Shown here piece after piece: positions 47,234 through 58,226 of a DNA stretch of 64,000 nucleotides. A program made the position numbers and the translations under genes. The DNA comes from Mayamaea pseudoterrestris (Eukaryota): assembly GCA_027923505.1 (NCBI GenBank), contig BROI01000003.1, positions 496,001-560,000 of the forward strand, written 5' to 3'. Positions within the stretch are counted from its first letter, which is position 1. Each line of letters begins with the position of its first letter. The notes beneath the pieces were generated by a model. It saw nothing but the letters and a program-made list of their open reading frames with translations, was not told the DNA's origin and did not search any database.

Positions 47234-48958
47234 ATGGTAGGCTTGAAGAAGAACACCACCAAGATCAACGTGCAGCAAGCCATGAAGGAGCTCAAGGAAG
47301 CCGAGCAGATCGCTTTCATGGCGTCGCTCAAAGGATTAACGCCGGCGGAAAAGCATGCCAAGCGTCAGGCCCGCCGTAGCGTGTTGAAGGAACGCAGGGA
47401 GCGCCAGCAGGCTGAGCGTCGCGTCTTTGAGGAGTCGTTGGAACGTCTTGCTCCGGCCGAGAAGAAAGCCAAGCGCCAGGAACGCCAACTCGTCAAGTTG
47501 GAGCAGTGTGCGATGGCACAGGTCGCTCTCCAACAGACGGCGCGTGAGTCATTCACGTCAGCATTAGAAGGATTGTCGGAGGAGGAACGCGAAATCAAGT
47601 GGTTGGAGGGTCGCGCTATAATGCAGAAGCGCATGACCGAGCGCAAGGCTGCTCGTCGCGTCGTTGAGAGCGATTTGGAGAAATCTGTCGGTGAGAAACA
47701 TTTGAGAGGTGGCACCAATATGAAGTTTTATGATGATGAGGAACTCGCAAAGTTCCAGGCAACTCTCAAGGGTCTTGGTCCTCGTGCCAAGCAGATCAAG
47801 TGGCAGCTCCGCATCAAGAAACTTCGTGCGGACATTCAGCTCAATGGAGGTGGCAGTGGAATTCGCAAGGCACTCCGCCATGCGCGCAAACAGAGGGACT
47901 TGATGGCGCGTCGAGCTGCAATGCAGGATTTCAAGCTCGCTAAGGACTTTGCTGGCGTTGCCATTGCCGAACAGGTGGACATGAGCAAGAAGAAGGAGAT
48001 TGTTTGTGACTCGATGCAAAAGAATGCCAAGTATGGGGACGAGGAGCTTGCGGTGTTTCATGCCTCCCTCGAAGGTTTGTTGGTGGCAGAGCTTAAGCAA
48101 AAGTGGCAGACTCGCATCAAGGAACTCCGATCTGACATCGAAGCCAATGGACCTGGAGGGGGTAATCGCAAGGCACTCCGTCTGGCTCGTCTTGAGATGG
48201 ATAAGCTTGTCAAGGCAGAGCAGGTGACACGCAAAAATAAGCTTGTCGCTGAACAGGAGGATGTCGTTCCTGGAAAGACATTGACGGACAGTAAAATTCA
48301 GCAGGCATACACCGACGAAGAGTTTGCCGCGTTCCGTGCATCCCTCGAGGGCTTGCCGCAGGCAGAGATTAAGCAAAAATGGCAGACTCGTATGAAGAAA
48401 CATCGTGCTGAAATTCAGGCGAATGGACCTGGGGGCGGTAATCGCAAGGCGCTCCGCTTGGCTCGTCAGGAGTTGGACAAGCTTGCCAATTGTGAGCAGG
48501 TGCCCCGTAAGAACAAATTTGTGGATGCAGCCACTCAATACAAGGACGTTTCGGGAGGTGAATCTGTCGGCAATGGAAAGAAGATGAAGTCTAACGTCGA
48601 GGAACTTGCCTCGTTTGAAGCGTCGCTCAAGGGAATGTCGCCTGCTGCGAAGAAGTTGAAGTGGCAGGCTCGTATTAAGGAGCTCCGTGCCGACATTATG
48701 ACGCATGGGCTCGGTGGTGGCAACGGCAAGGCCTTAGAGTTGGCTCGCAACGAAAAGGCAAAGGTTGCGAGAGAGGCTCTTTTGGTTTGGTTGGAACATA
48801 ATCTGTCGCATGAGGAAAAGCTGCGCCTCGTCGAAACGCACGAAGGTGGAGCGAGGAATATGAAGGTAGTTGATGCTGACAATATGGAGGACGACGATGA
48901 TATTGTCATTGTTAGCGACTCGGACTTTACGGATGTTTCCATCAAGATGGATGCGTAA
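47234..48958 (+). CDS. Basic helical tandem-repeat protein of unknown function
   Basis: Uninterrupted ORF, first ATG at 47234. Four ~92-101 aa repeats (EELAxFxASLxGL...KWQxRIKELRADI..NG.GGGNRKALRLAR) plus three shorter upstream half-repeats. Confidence 0.85.
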   Translation: MVGLKKNTTKINVQQAMKELKEAEQIAFMASLKGLTPAEKHAKRQARRSVLKERRERQQAERRVFEESLERLAPAEKKAKRQERQLVKLEQCAMAQVALQQTARESFTSALEGLSEEEREIKWLEGRAIMQKRMTERKAARRVVESDLEKSVGEKHLRGGTNMKFYDDEELAKFQATLKGLGPRAKQIKWQLRIKKLRADIQLNGGGSGIRKALRHARKQRDLMARRAAMQDFKLAKDFAGVAIAEQVDMSKKKEIVCDSMQKNAKYGDEELAVFHASLEGLLVAELKQKWQTRIKELRSDIEANGPGGGNRKALRLARLEMDKLVKAEQVTRKNKLVAEQEDVVPGKTLTDSKIQQAYTDEEFAAFRASLEGLPQAEIKQKWQTRMKKHRAEIQANGPGGGNRKALRLARQELDKLANCEQVPRKNKFVDAATQYKDVSGGESVGNGKKMKSNVEELASFEASLKGMSPAAKKLKWQARIKELRADIMTHGLGGGNGKALELARNEKAKVAREALLVWLEHNLSHEEKLRLVETHEGGARNMKVVDADNMEDDDDIVIVSDSDFTDVSIKMDA

Positions 48959-49211
48959 ATTGCATTATGGTTGTTGTCTCTTCGGAAGTGTGCGTTATGA
49001 TCGTTGTCTACGGTGACGACATAGTGAAGTCGACTGCATACGTTACGAATAACATCAGTCACTAGCTGGTCAAATCCTTTACTGCTAAACCTCGTTTATT
49101 ATAATAGACTAGAGTAATGGCAGGCCGAAGAGTGTGAATACATGCACGGGCATGGAAAGTGGATTGGCAATGTTATAGTCAACCAAAACGTTGTTTCTTT
49201 TTTTAGCAGCA

Positions 49212-49995
49212 CTAAATAATGTCAGTCATTTCGTCGTCGTCCACATTGACGTCTTGAAAAACCTCCACACTATCCGTTAGTTTAATTTCGTTGTCGTCGT
49301 CTTCATCAAGCTTGTTCTGCGGCGGCAAGTTGGCATTACCATCGACGCTAAGGTCCATGTCCGTCGCTTGCTTGGAAGGCCCAATGGCGTGCTGCGACCA
49401 AAACAATGTACGTCGCCGACGACAGACAAAGAGACCTGCAATAGCAGCAACAATCACGGCGAGTCCAATGACAATAAAGGCAACGCCAACGGCTCCCGTC
49501 GAGTTGGACGATGTCGAGTTGCTCACACTTCCGGTTGCTGGACCATAATCGTCCGGCACAGTTTGACCCTTGACGTACTCGCAAAACTGTGAACGGATGC
49601 AGGCATTTAATGAGTCAATCGATGTAGCGCGTAAACTAATAAAATTGGAGAATATGCACCTTCAGCCGACCGTCTCTACTTACATTTCCAGTGTACTTTG
49701 GCCGACAAGTGCATCCGGCATGCGCGTCATCATCTGCATCCGCCAAGAGCTGCTTGCACTTGCCTCCATTGGCGCAGAAGGAAAGGTCGTTTGGTGAATT
49801 GTCCTCGTTGCAAAAGACGGTCGCCTTGTATTCACAGAAGAGTCCAGCAAAGACGGCGTTTTTGCTTGGTGAGGTCGAGCAGTCGCAGTAGAAGGAGCCT
49901 TCCTCGGTACCTTCCTTACATGAGCCACCGTTTTGGCAGGTAGTTCCATCGAGGCATGTCATGGTGTCCGCGTCGTCGTCATTTCGGTTCGACAT
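49212..49995 (-). CDS. EGF-like domain single-pass membrane protein, 2 exons
   Basis: Two EGF-type Cys patterns (CQNGGSC..CDC..FAGLFCE; CANGGKC..CTC..YTGN/FCE). Intron 49683-49587 joins them in frame. TM helix followed by RRRR. Start uncertain. Confidence 0.85.
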
Positions 49996-50454
49996 GGTTG
50001 CAATTTCTTGTACTATTGATGATCGTCGTCTTGTTGCTTGGCAAATAAAGTACTGGCTAGAAAAGTACGGAGCGGTGCAGGGCGCTTGACTATTGGGACT
50101 TGTTTCTCTTGATGAATCAACTGAATACTCGACTTTGATTGTCCTTTCTCTAGCAGGAACGACTGGCAATCAAAAACAGACGGCTTTTACAAGAGCGAAG
50201 AATGATCCGGCCAATCCTTGCCGCTAAAGCTGTTTTTGTGCGCGCGTTTCGCTTCCGCCAATGTGGCTTGTCGCACCATCAATAGATGATGCGGTAGTGA
50301 AAAGATATTCTCACTGCACCGCACGCAGCGAAGGAACGCAACAACGAGCATCATCGCAGTCATTGTTGTGTAGCAGTACGCGAGGACAGCCAACACGACC
50401 TGGCCGTTCGCTTGGAGTTGTTGTGCGCATCATAGTTCTGTCAAAATTGTTATC

Positions 50455-51177
50455 ATGAGGCAATTTCAAATCCTAATTGTGCTTTCTTGGCTCGCCGTTG
50501 TGTGGGGAGCGGACGAACAATCATCACGACTGTTGCGAGGGCGAATCTCGTCCTCTACGTTATTTGCAGGAACAGCAGCTGAACAAGAGCTACAAACACA
50601 TGAACTACGAAATCCGATAAAAGAATCAACTCGTTTGCTTGCCGATGAGACCCTAGATTCTTTAGTGAAGTCTGCGCGAGAAGGCGAGACCAATGCAGTC
50701 GAAGAGTCTGCGGCTGCCACGGAATCGTCGGGAACGACCGAAACAACTGCTCGAGCACAAGAGTCAGCAGAAGCAGACGACAATTTACCAAACAAGAAAG
50801 ACAAGAACCAACAGAAGAATGATGACAATGCTACAAAACAGCCAGCGAAGGATGCATCGACAACGAAAAACGACGAGGACGACTTGGCCTCCATCAAGGA
50901 GGAACTGCAGGAGGAGGAGCGCATGGTGCGCGAGGTTGGTGGCTATGGGGCCGTCTTGGCCATGATTGCCATGATTTTCACTGCTTGGCAAATGAATGAC
51001 AATCCCGATGGCATTTTTGCAACCATGTGTCGACTGGTCATTACTATTTGCGGACTGTTCATCGGTCTCTTGCTTACGCCCTGTCGGAGATGTATAGGAC
51101 CTTCAAGAGCAAGTAGCCACACGTATGGGCATGTTCCAGTGGCGCCTACGAATTTGGAGTTTGGTTTCACATCATAA
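50455..51177 (+). CDS. Signal-peptide membrane protein of unknown function
   Basis: N-terminal signal peptide, acidic low-complexity middle region, two C-terminal hydrophobic segments. Confidence 0.8.
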   Translation: MRQFQILIVLSWLAVVWGADEQSSRLLRGRISSSTLFAGTAAEQELQTHELRNPIKESTRLLADETLDSLVKSAREGETNAVEESAAATESSGTTETTARAQESAEADDNLPNKKDKNQQKNDDNATKQPAKDASTTKNDEDDLASIKEELQEEERMVREVGGYGAVLAMIAMIFTAWQMNDNPDGIFATMCRLVITICGLFIGLLLTPCRRCIGPSRASSHTYGHVPVAPTNLEFGFTS

Positions 51178-51331
51178 CGTCTAGAATCATCCTAGAATGA
51201 ATGATTGAATGAACGAACGAACGAACGAACTAGTTTGCAGTCAACGAACTGTATATCTAATGACGGCAGACTTTACTGCTTGTTAAACGAAATTAAATTG
51301 CAGCATTAATTTAGACTTTTTACTGCTCCGG

Positions 51332-52405
51332 TCAATTCTCTAAACTATTGTATCGCTGGAAGCCCTCGTAGCCTCGATCCTTTGGTGCAGATGGGTCCTT
51401 TCGTTTCCATGCGCCTTTGGACGGCGAAATGCGGTTTCCCTTCTTCTCCGACCAAGATGCAGTCGCACTTGTGGTAGCATCAGGTTGTTTCGACTGCCGG
51501 TTGCGTTCCATTTTGATGCCACTCTTCTTGGCAATGGCGGAAACTTGTGCCTGTCGCAACGTCCAAATACGCTTGTCGGATTCCAACCCCGGAACAACTG
51601 CATCCACTCTCACAATGTCATTCAATGATGCGTCTTTGGCTACTTCCGTCTCACTGTCACCAATCCAATACAAGAGCTCGCCAGTCTTTGGTTCCAGCAA
51701 ATGATGCATCCATGTGCAGACGTTGGGAAGCGCCGAAACACTCCGACTTGTTGCTACATCGAACAGCGAGTGTGACCCATTCTGTTCCACTAAACCCTTG
51801 TATGCTTCTGCTCGCCCATGATGCGTCTGCACATTGGTGAGCTCGAGTTGCTCCGCCATGTTTTGGACGGCAATGAGCTTCTTTCCGACCGAATCAAGCA
51901 AGCAAAACCTTGATTCAGGACAGGCAATGGCCAATGGTAGACCAGGAAAGCCGCCACCCGTTCCAACGTCAATAATTTTCATTGTTAGTGGGTTTTCGTT
52001 GTCTTTGGTGTGCTGGCGTAGGCAGGCCAGAGCCGCTAGACTCGGTAGAATATGTTTTTCCCACACGACGGATGGTTCGGCATGTTGTCGCGAGACGAGA
52101 TTAATCTTTTGGTTCCAATCCAGCACCAGTGCACATAAGTGATCAAGCTTGGAATACTTCTCTTCCGTGAGACCGAGTGACTCTGTAACGATGGAATGAT
52201 AGTCAAGGTGTTGTGAAGGCGGCGGCACTAATATTGGTGATGATGCGTCGAACAATAATGACGATCTTGTCGCTGCTCGTTTTCTATGATGGCTCGTGGT
52301 AACAAAGCAGCTTGATTCCGTATGTCTTATGCCTTGTATAAGCAGTAGCAGTAGCGAGAGTAAAAACCCCGTGGACCTCGACATCCCGTCGTTGTTGTTC
52401 ATCAT
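51332..52405 (-). CDS. rsmG: 16S rRNA m7G527 methyltransferase RsmG/GidB, probably plastid-targeted
   Basis: WNQKINLVS, HILPSL, IIDVGTGGGFPGLPLAI, LLDSVGKK and RAE motifs. N-terminal signal peptide followed by ..SSC-FV. Confidence 0.92.
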   Translation of the reverse strand: MMNNNDGMSRSTGFLLSLLLLLIQGIRHTESSCFVTTSHHRKRAATRSSLLFDASSPILVPPPSQHLDYHSIVTESLGLTEEKYSKLDHLCALVLDWNQKINLVSRQHAEPSVVWEKHILPSLAALACLRQHTKDNENPLTMKIIDVGTGGGFPGLPLAIACPESRFCLLDSVGKKLIAVQNMAEQLELTNVQTHHGRAEAYKGLVEQNGSHSLFDVATSRSVSALPNVCTWMHHLLEPKTGELLYWIGDSETEVAKDASLNDIVRVDAVVPGLESDKRIWTLRQAQVSAIAKKSGIKMERNRQSKQPDATTSATASWSEKKGNRISPSKGAWKRKDPSAPKDRGYEGFQRYNSLEN

Positions 52406-52861
52406 GGTGCACCCGATGAATGTGATGTGACGACGAATCGATTGGTGCTGTCAATTATTATTGTCGTGTCGCACAGAAATCCGGTGACTCGCCCGGCGCG
52501 AATCCAGATTCTCGATCGTTGAAACGACTGAAGATACTTTATATTATATTCTACATCGATATAAATAAACCGAATGATGGCTTAATAAGAAATGCCGCGC
52601 CCAACGCATTGGAGAAACCTTTGATTGTGTGACCGCATCCGAGTTGACCATCGATGAAAGGCGCCGGTCAATCTTGTTGCCTCTTGCTGCGAAGGAATCT
52701 GCACTTTGTCACGGCAAACGAAGAACATTGCCGCTATAGGGTGTCAATTTCGATTTAGTTGTAGTCTTTGCAGCTTTAAGGAGACTTGATATTTTGCAGA
52801 GAACCGGAACGCTTCTAGCAATTCTTTGACAGCCACACTACCAACGCACCTATCATACGGC

Positions 52862-55800
52862 ATGACTGCAATCGAGGTGCGGGCGGAGTTTGCCCGCCGC
52901 GGAAAGCATCGGAGCGACTCCTCGGACCGACTAATCGACCATGAGGACGAGGATCCCTGGGACCATCAGCGTCGGTCGACGGACGACTGGGTTGCATCTG
53001 CGACGGACGACGAAGACGACGACGAGGAATTATCGCCACTGCCTGGTGACTCAACGTTCTTTGACATTGTCGAGACAGAAGACAGTTTGGAGGACGGCGA
53101 TCTGCCAGCCTTGACTAAAAGTGGTGTTGGAGGTCGCGTCGTGAACGGACGACGTACGACGGCACGACCCATTCAGCCTCCAAGTCTAGCTGGACTTGTG
53201 TCGCCGTCGTCTGCTGCAGAGAATTCTTTGCCATCCAACAATCCCAGAATGCAGCAGCAACATCGACAGTTTTGGGCGCAGTTGGAGGATGACGACGATG
53301 ACGAAGATCCTGCCATGGCAGAACGAGAGCAAAGGTCTTACCATCAGAATCAAACTGGAGTCTCCATGAACGAGTCGGACGATGGTCCAGACGATGAAAT
53401 GAATGATCGACGCTCCAACTGGCTCGACACTTCCCCTCGGCGGCGCGACGAAACGGAGGAATATTATGACAACCTGCAAACTTCATCGACTGATCCGGAT
53501 ACTGATTTCTGTGCGGCAGCCTTTACGGCGATTGGAAGCATGTGCGGAGCTGGATTTGCTGTTGCTCCTGCATCAGCAGCACGTAGTAAGAGCAAGTCAT
53601 TCATTCAAGAATCACCCGGCCGAACGAGGAGGCCGATCATGGCGGAAAAACAGGAGGAGCATACGGCTATTGAAGTCGAGTTTGTCGATCCGACACCAGC
53701 GCAAACAAATACAATGAAAAAGTCGGCACTCTTGGCTGCCATGCAACGAAAGGCCAAGGAGGAGACGGCACGACGTAAAGAGGAAAGAAACGTATCTGCT
53801 TTAACCTTTGAGGATGAAGAAGTTCCGCCACTGAATGATTCTGGCTTTGATGACGAGGAAGATGATGAAGAAGGAGACGGGGAACCGGCACAATTCGAGG
53901 TATCATCCAAAGCGGCGGCTGGAAGTGACTTGTACAACGGCTTTTCGACATCGGACAAGCGCAAATTTGTCAAGCTTTTAAATAGTGGTGTTTCACCTGC
54001 GGATGCGTCTGCTCGCGTCATTTTGGATCGCAACAAGGACGCTACCAACAAGAACAAGCCGTCTAACAAGGTCATGGCCAAGCTTGCCTTTTGGAAAAAG
54101 ACGATTGCGTTGCAGCAACAACAGCAAGAAGCGTCGACTCGATCAATTAAGCCGGTTCCTCAAGATGCAGAACCAGCAAATGCTGAGTTGGAAGAGGAAG
54201 AGGTAATGCAGCCAGGACAGCAGAAAGATGGACGAGCAGAAGACGAAAGAGAAGAAGCAGAAGACGAGGAGGATGTGATGGCTCTTGCTCAAAGTTCGAC
54301 TGACCCATTCGATGAAATTGAACTCGTTGAATCCGAAGTAAAGTCTCCTAATTATGCGGAAGAAAAGAAGATAGATTTCACCCCACCACGCTTGGTGACC
54401 CCTGCTCCTGTTGTCGCTGAGACTGCAATGTCAACGCCTGCCAGCAATGCCTCGTCGGAAGGGCGACCATTCGCCAAGAGCGGAATTGACTACTACGACG
54501 GGGTGCGGCCACAGCCCGAGCACGAAAATGACGATGACACTGAAGCTCAAATGCTCGCTAGCAATCTATCGGGTATTCGGAAACAGGGGGCATTGCGTGC
54601 GCCGAGGTCGTTCGTGAAGTTGGCGGAACGTTCCAAGAGTGCACCTCGCACTCGGCTTGGCGATGAGGATGAGGATGACTCTATTGATAAACAAATCTCG
54701 GTGCATTCACAGGCGCTGAAAGATGCAGAATCATTTAGTGCGGGTATTTTGGCAAAATCAGAGGCACAGCGACAGCGTGATATGCCAATAGTTTTGCCGC
54801 AATCGCAAGACAAGTACGCGCGAAAGCTAGATGGCAGGCAATCGCGGATTAACAAAGACTTGTATCCAAAAAAGGACAGAAATCCAGCGCGATTTGTATC
54901 AACAGATATCCCTCTGTCCCCTCGTGCGCAATCCGTAAGTCTTCCCTTAGTTTCTCCTGATGTTTCTCAGTCGGTGCAAAAAAGCTTTAGCGAAAGAGGA
55001 GACTACGCAATATCGCCTGTTTCAACTGCAAGCTTCGATGGGTTACATCGAATTAATTCGGCTGATCATACGCGACCTGAACCTGTCATCTTAAGCGCAA
55101 GTATGGATCGTACAGCGACTGCAGATCGCTTTGAACCTGTCGCGTTGAAGCCATCAGGACGACATGCCATTCGGCTCGACTCATTGGATGTCAACATGAG
55201 CACTTATATGCACGCATCTGAAGCATATAATACACCGACAGGTATGAATGTTGGAGGTCACCAACATGATAACGTTTCCGTGTACACCATTGGCACCAAC
55301 ATGACTGGAACGACCCTAATGACGACCTCAACTCGGACACGTCGGCCGGGTGCTGCACGAAGTCGGATTGAACAAGAAAAGCGCGCGCAGTTAGTAAACG
55401 GTCATAAGAAAGGCTGGCACGAGACGATGAAGGCCGTTTCTGCTTCAACCAATAGACATTGGGATCCAGTAAGGGGCTGGGTGGATTTTGAAGAGGACAG
55501 GAACATCAACAGTGCTTCATTGCCCGACACACCTTCTGGAAAGATTCATTTAAATCTTGAAAAAAGCATTCCGCATAAGAAGCACGAGTCAAGAACAGAA
55601 TTGGTCAGTCAAGAAGCTAATCCAGTTTCTATACCATTCCCTGAAAAGTGGGAGAAGGAAAGGCGCATGATGGTCGAGGGCGCTGTTGCGCAAAGTAGAG
55701 GCGCGGCGGTAACTCCTGATCGCAGGCGAGCGCGCTCCGCGAGCCCCGGCCCCAGTGGGTGGATAGAATCAATGAAAGAGGCTAGCGCTGCCTTAGCGTC

Positions 55801-58186
55801 TGAAGGAAAGCATTGGAATCCCCAAACCGGTTGGAGCGACAGGTCGATTGGCTTACACGCGGCAAATAATGATGCCATGACGCTTGAAGGAGGGCGATCA
55901 CAAGATGACCTGGACATGAGGGTTGCATCACCTCCGATAGAGCCAAAAGGTAATCGCGCCATCAATGCGAATCTTCAAACAGACAGTAATGCCAATAGCC
56001 TTCCTCAAAAGCGTGAGACAAAGGTGGATGATTGCGTGCCGACGCATGAATTAAAGCAGGACCTGAAAAACACTGATAAATCTCCCGCTCAAAGCTCGGC
56101 GGGGGCAGTGCCGCAAGTCGCCAGCGAAGAGCAGATTGGCTCCAACAGTTCAGCTCAACAGAATGCGCCAACACCACGATTCTCGCCGATGTCACAAGCA
56201 ACAAGCCCTGTTTTCAATCTTCATTCAAATGTGCAGGAGTACGAGAGGGAAGCGCCTGCTGCTCCTTTGTCCAACTCCGGTTCTTTTCCGTCGATTGATA
56301 TGCAAACTAGTCCAGAAATTGTATCGCCCGTCACGACGAAGGTGGTCAAACAAAAGATCGGTGCCGAGGATTTTGATTTATTTCCCGACGACAGTGCGCA
56401 TCTCTCGCAGCGTCGCGAGGCGGATCACACCACTGCCTTCAACCAAGAAGATGACAATTTGAACACCTCCGCGTCGCGGCGAAGCGTTAATCCAATCGAC
56501 ATCGACGAAATTGTTGACCCGACTTGGGATGAAGACGATGAGGACGAGCTCATAATTCCAGTGCGCTGGGAAGGAAAGAACCGCGATCCACCTGGTGACA
56601 GCGGCGACTTAGGACCTATCGTCGCATCTTCAAGTTCCTCCTCAAGGAAGATACCGAAACTAAGGAGCAGCAAGCGCGACACTTCTCCGGTGAGCAACCG
56701 AAGGAGCGGCAACACGGCAAGTATCTCATCGATGTCAGTCTTGGGAAGCCATATAAGTACGCGGAGAGAGGCAATGAGGCCAGATGATCATAGTCGAGGA
56801 CAACATACCGGTGTTCAAGTTGATTCATCTTTTGAGCAGTTGCTGGAAGTCAACGACCTTGAGGACGCTCGATTGTTTGATCCGGCAACGGCAAGTCCTG
56901 ACGCTATTGCTAGGGAGGAACATCTGGTTAAGCAACGGTTGAAACAATGGGAATCTCGGGCGGCGCTAGTCGACCGAGGCACATCGGAGAATGCGCTTGC
57001 TTCACAAGAATGGAAATCATTCCTGGGTGGTAAGACTGCCAATCAGCGGGAAGCTTTATTGGCTCATGGTGTAGACGTAGGGAGTCTCTCTCGCTCGTAC
57101 GACAAAAACGCAGACCCAGTAGGTATGCAAGCGCAGCCTACGAGAGCAGACAACTCTATTTCTGATAATCTTCCCGAGAGAAACATATACCGCAGTCGAG
57201 GGGGACAAGAGAGCCGCACGTCTTTCTTGGATGTGTCATCAGTTGCGAAACAGGAAAAGATTAGTGACTTTGAGCAAGCCACATCAGAGTATGGACCTGC
57301 ACCTGGAGAAGGTAATAGAAGTTCATTTTTCAAGCGCTTTGTCGAGTGTACTGCTCCGATCCGAGCTGAATGCCATACCATGGGCGCCAACGTGCAGACT
57401 AGCGTAAATGAGACAATGCAAGAAATGAGGGAAAATGATTCAATGCCAATGGCACATCTTGCCTTTCTACGTTCAAATGCACATGCGCAAGGTGGGCACA
57501 GCAAGGCTGGTCGATTTGTTCCTCCGACATTTTGTGGACGCCAAGACAACGTTGTAGTCGAGGATGATAACGAAGATAACGATAGCGATGCAAAGGAGGA
57601 AGACCATGACGTGAAGGCTTCACCGCCGGCTAGGATGGTGGCATCAAATCATGTACGACCAATGAGACCACAATCAACGCCAAGAGAAGCGCCAAGGTCT
57701 CGCGGAATTCATTCCCTTGGTTCGACTGCCAGCAGCGTCGTGTCAGCGGACGGTTTTGGAGCAAAAACCGCATACCTTGAAGCTTTAGCATTGAAGGGAG
57801 CAGTCGCCGGGTCAAAGCGTAGCTCGAGCAGACCCCGAGGTTCGAGGTCAACCGTCTCAGGTGTCAGCGGCACTTCGTATGCATCATCCGCTCATAGCGA
57901 AAAATGGAAGTCGTTTTTGGAAAAGAAGAAGCTGCGGTCGGGTGTAAGCCCTGGTAGGTCGATAGCTAACGAGTCGGATGTATCGAGAGCTGCTGGACGG
58001 TATGCATCAGCAAAATTGGAGGAAATGATGTCGAAAAACATTCAGACGAAGCCAGGAATTCGTGCAATGGACTCCGTTGAGAATCACATGTCTCTTCAAC
58101 CTGCTGATGAGCTTGCTGCTGCGCGGGTTGAGGCCATGATGACCACTCTGACAAGTACGCATCATCTGGACGAAGCCGAGATATAA
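52862..58186 (+). CDS. Large, mostly low-complexity or disordered protein (~1770 aa)
   Basis: Single uninterrupted ORF, first ATG at 52862; rich in D/E/S; no recognisable domain. Confidence 0.85.
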   Translation: MTAIEVRAEFARRGKHRSDSSDRLIDHEDEDPWDHQRRSTDDWVASATDDEDDDEELSPLPGDSTFFDIVETEDSLEDGDLPALTKSGVGGRVVNGRRTTARPIQPPSLAGLVSPSSAAENSLPSNNPRMQQQHRQFWAQLEDDDDDEDPAMAEREQRSYHQNQTGVSMNESDDGPDDEMNDRRSNWLDTSPRRRDETEEYYDNLQTSSTDPDTDFCAAAFTAIGSMCGAGFAVAPASAARSKSKSFIQESPGRTRRPIMAEKQEEHTAIEVEFVDPTPAQTNTMKKSALLAAMQRKAKEETARRKEERNVSALTFEDEEVPPLNDSGFDDEEDDEEGDGEPAQFEVSSKAAAGSDLYNGFSTSDKRKFVKLLNSGVSPADASARVILDRNKDATNKNKPSNKVMAKLAFWKKTIALQQQQQEASTRSIKPVPQDAEPANAELEEEEVMQPGQQKDGRAEDEREEAEDEEDVMALAQSSTDPFDEIELVESEVKSPNYAEEKKIDFTPPRLVTPAPVVAETAMSTPASNASSEGRPFAKSGIDYYDGVRPQPEHENDDDTEAQMLASNLSGIRKQGALRAPRSFVKLAERSKSAPRTRLGDEDEDDSIDKQISVHSQALKDAESFSAGILAKSEAQRQRDMPIVLPQSQDKYARKLDGRQSRINKDLYPKKDRNPARFVSTDIPLSPRAQSVSLPLVSPDVSQSVQKSFSERGDYAISPVSTASFDGLHRINSADHTRPEPVILSASMDRTATADRFEPVALKPSGRHAIRLDSLDVNMSTYMHASEAYNTPTGMNVGGHQHDNVSVYTIGTNMTGTTLMTTSTRTRRPGAARSRIEQEKRAQLVNGHKKGWHETMKAVSASTNRHWDPVRGWVDFEEDRNINSASLPDTPSGKIHLNLEKSIPHKKHESRTELVSQEANPVSIPFPEKWEKERRMMVEGAVAQSRGAAVTPDRRRARSASPGPSGWIESMKEASAALASEGKHWNPQTGWSDRSIGLHAANNDAMTLEGGRSQDDLDMRVASPPIEPKGNRAINANLQTDSNANSLPQKRETKVDDCVPTHELKQDLKNTDKSPAQSSAGAVPQVASEEQIGSNSSAQQNAPTPRFSPMSQATSPVFNLHSNVQEYEREAPAAPLSNSGSFPSIDMQTSPEIVSPVTTKVVKQKIGAEDFDLFPDDSAHLSQRREADHTTAFNQEDDNLNTSASRRSVNPIDIDEIVDPTWDEDDEDELIIPVRWEGKNRDPPGDSGDLGPIVASSSSSSRKIPKLRSSKRDTSPVSNRRSGNTASISSMSVLGSHISTRREAMRPDDHSRGQHTGVQVDSSFEQLLEVNDLEDARLFDPATASPDAIAREEHLVKQRLKQWESRAALVDRGTSENALASQEWKSFLGGKTANQREALLAHGVDVGSLSRSYDKNADPVGMQAQPTRADNSISDNLPERNIYRSRGGQESRTSFLDVSSVAKQEKISDFEQATSEYGPAPGEGNRSSFFKRFVECTAPIRAECHTMGANVQTSVNETMQEMRENDSMPMAHLAFLRSNAHAQGGHSKAGRFVPPTFCGRQDNVVVEDDNEDNDSDAKEEDHDVKASPPARMVASNHVRPMRPQSTPREAPRSRGIHSLGSTASSVVSADGFGAKTAYLEALALKGAVAGSKRSSSRPRGSRSTVSGVSGTSYASSAHSEKWKSFLEKKKLRSGVSPGRSIANESDVSRAAGRYASAKLEEMMSKNIQTKPGIRAMDSVENHMSLQPADELAAARVEAMMTTLTSTHHLDEAEI

Positions 58187-58226
58187 TCTACAGTAATTGT
58201 CAAAGTTAATTAATGTTAAAACATTT

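Noticed and set aside
47564..48706. 380-aa minus-strand ORF
   Set aside because: Antisense shadow of the repeat-protein gene.
51211..51230. (GAAC)5 microsatellite
   Set aside because: Short simple repeat between convergent genes; unremarkable.
51332..52405. rsmG as bacterial contamination or recent horizontal transfer
   Set aside because: It has an N-terminal targeting extension and sits among intron-containing genes, as expected for a nuclear-encoded organellar enzyme.
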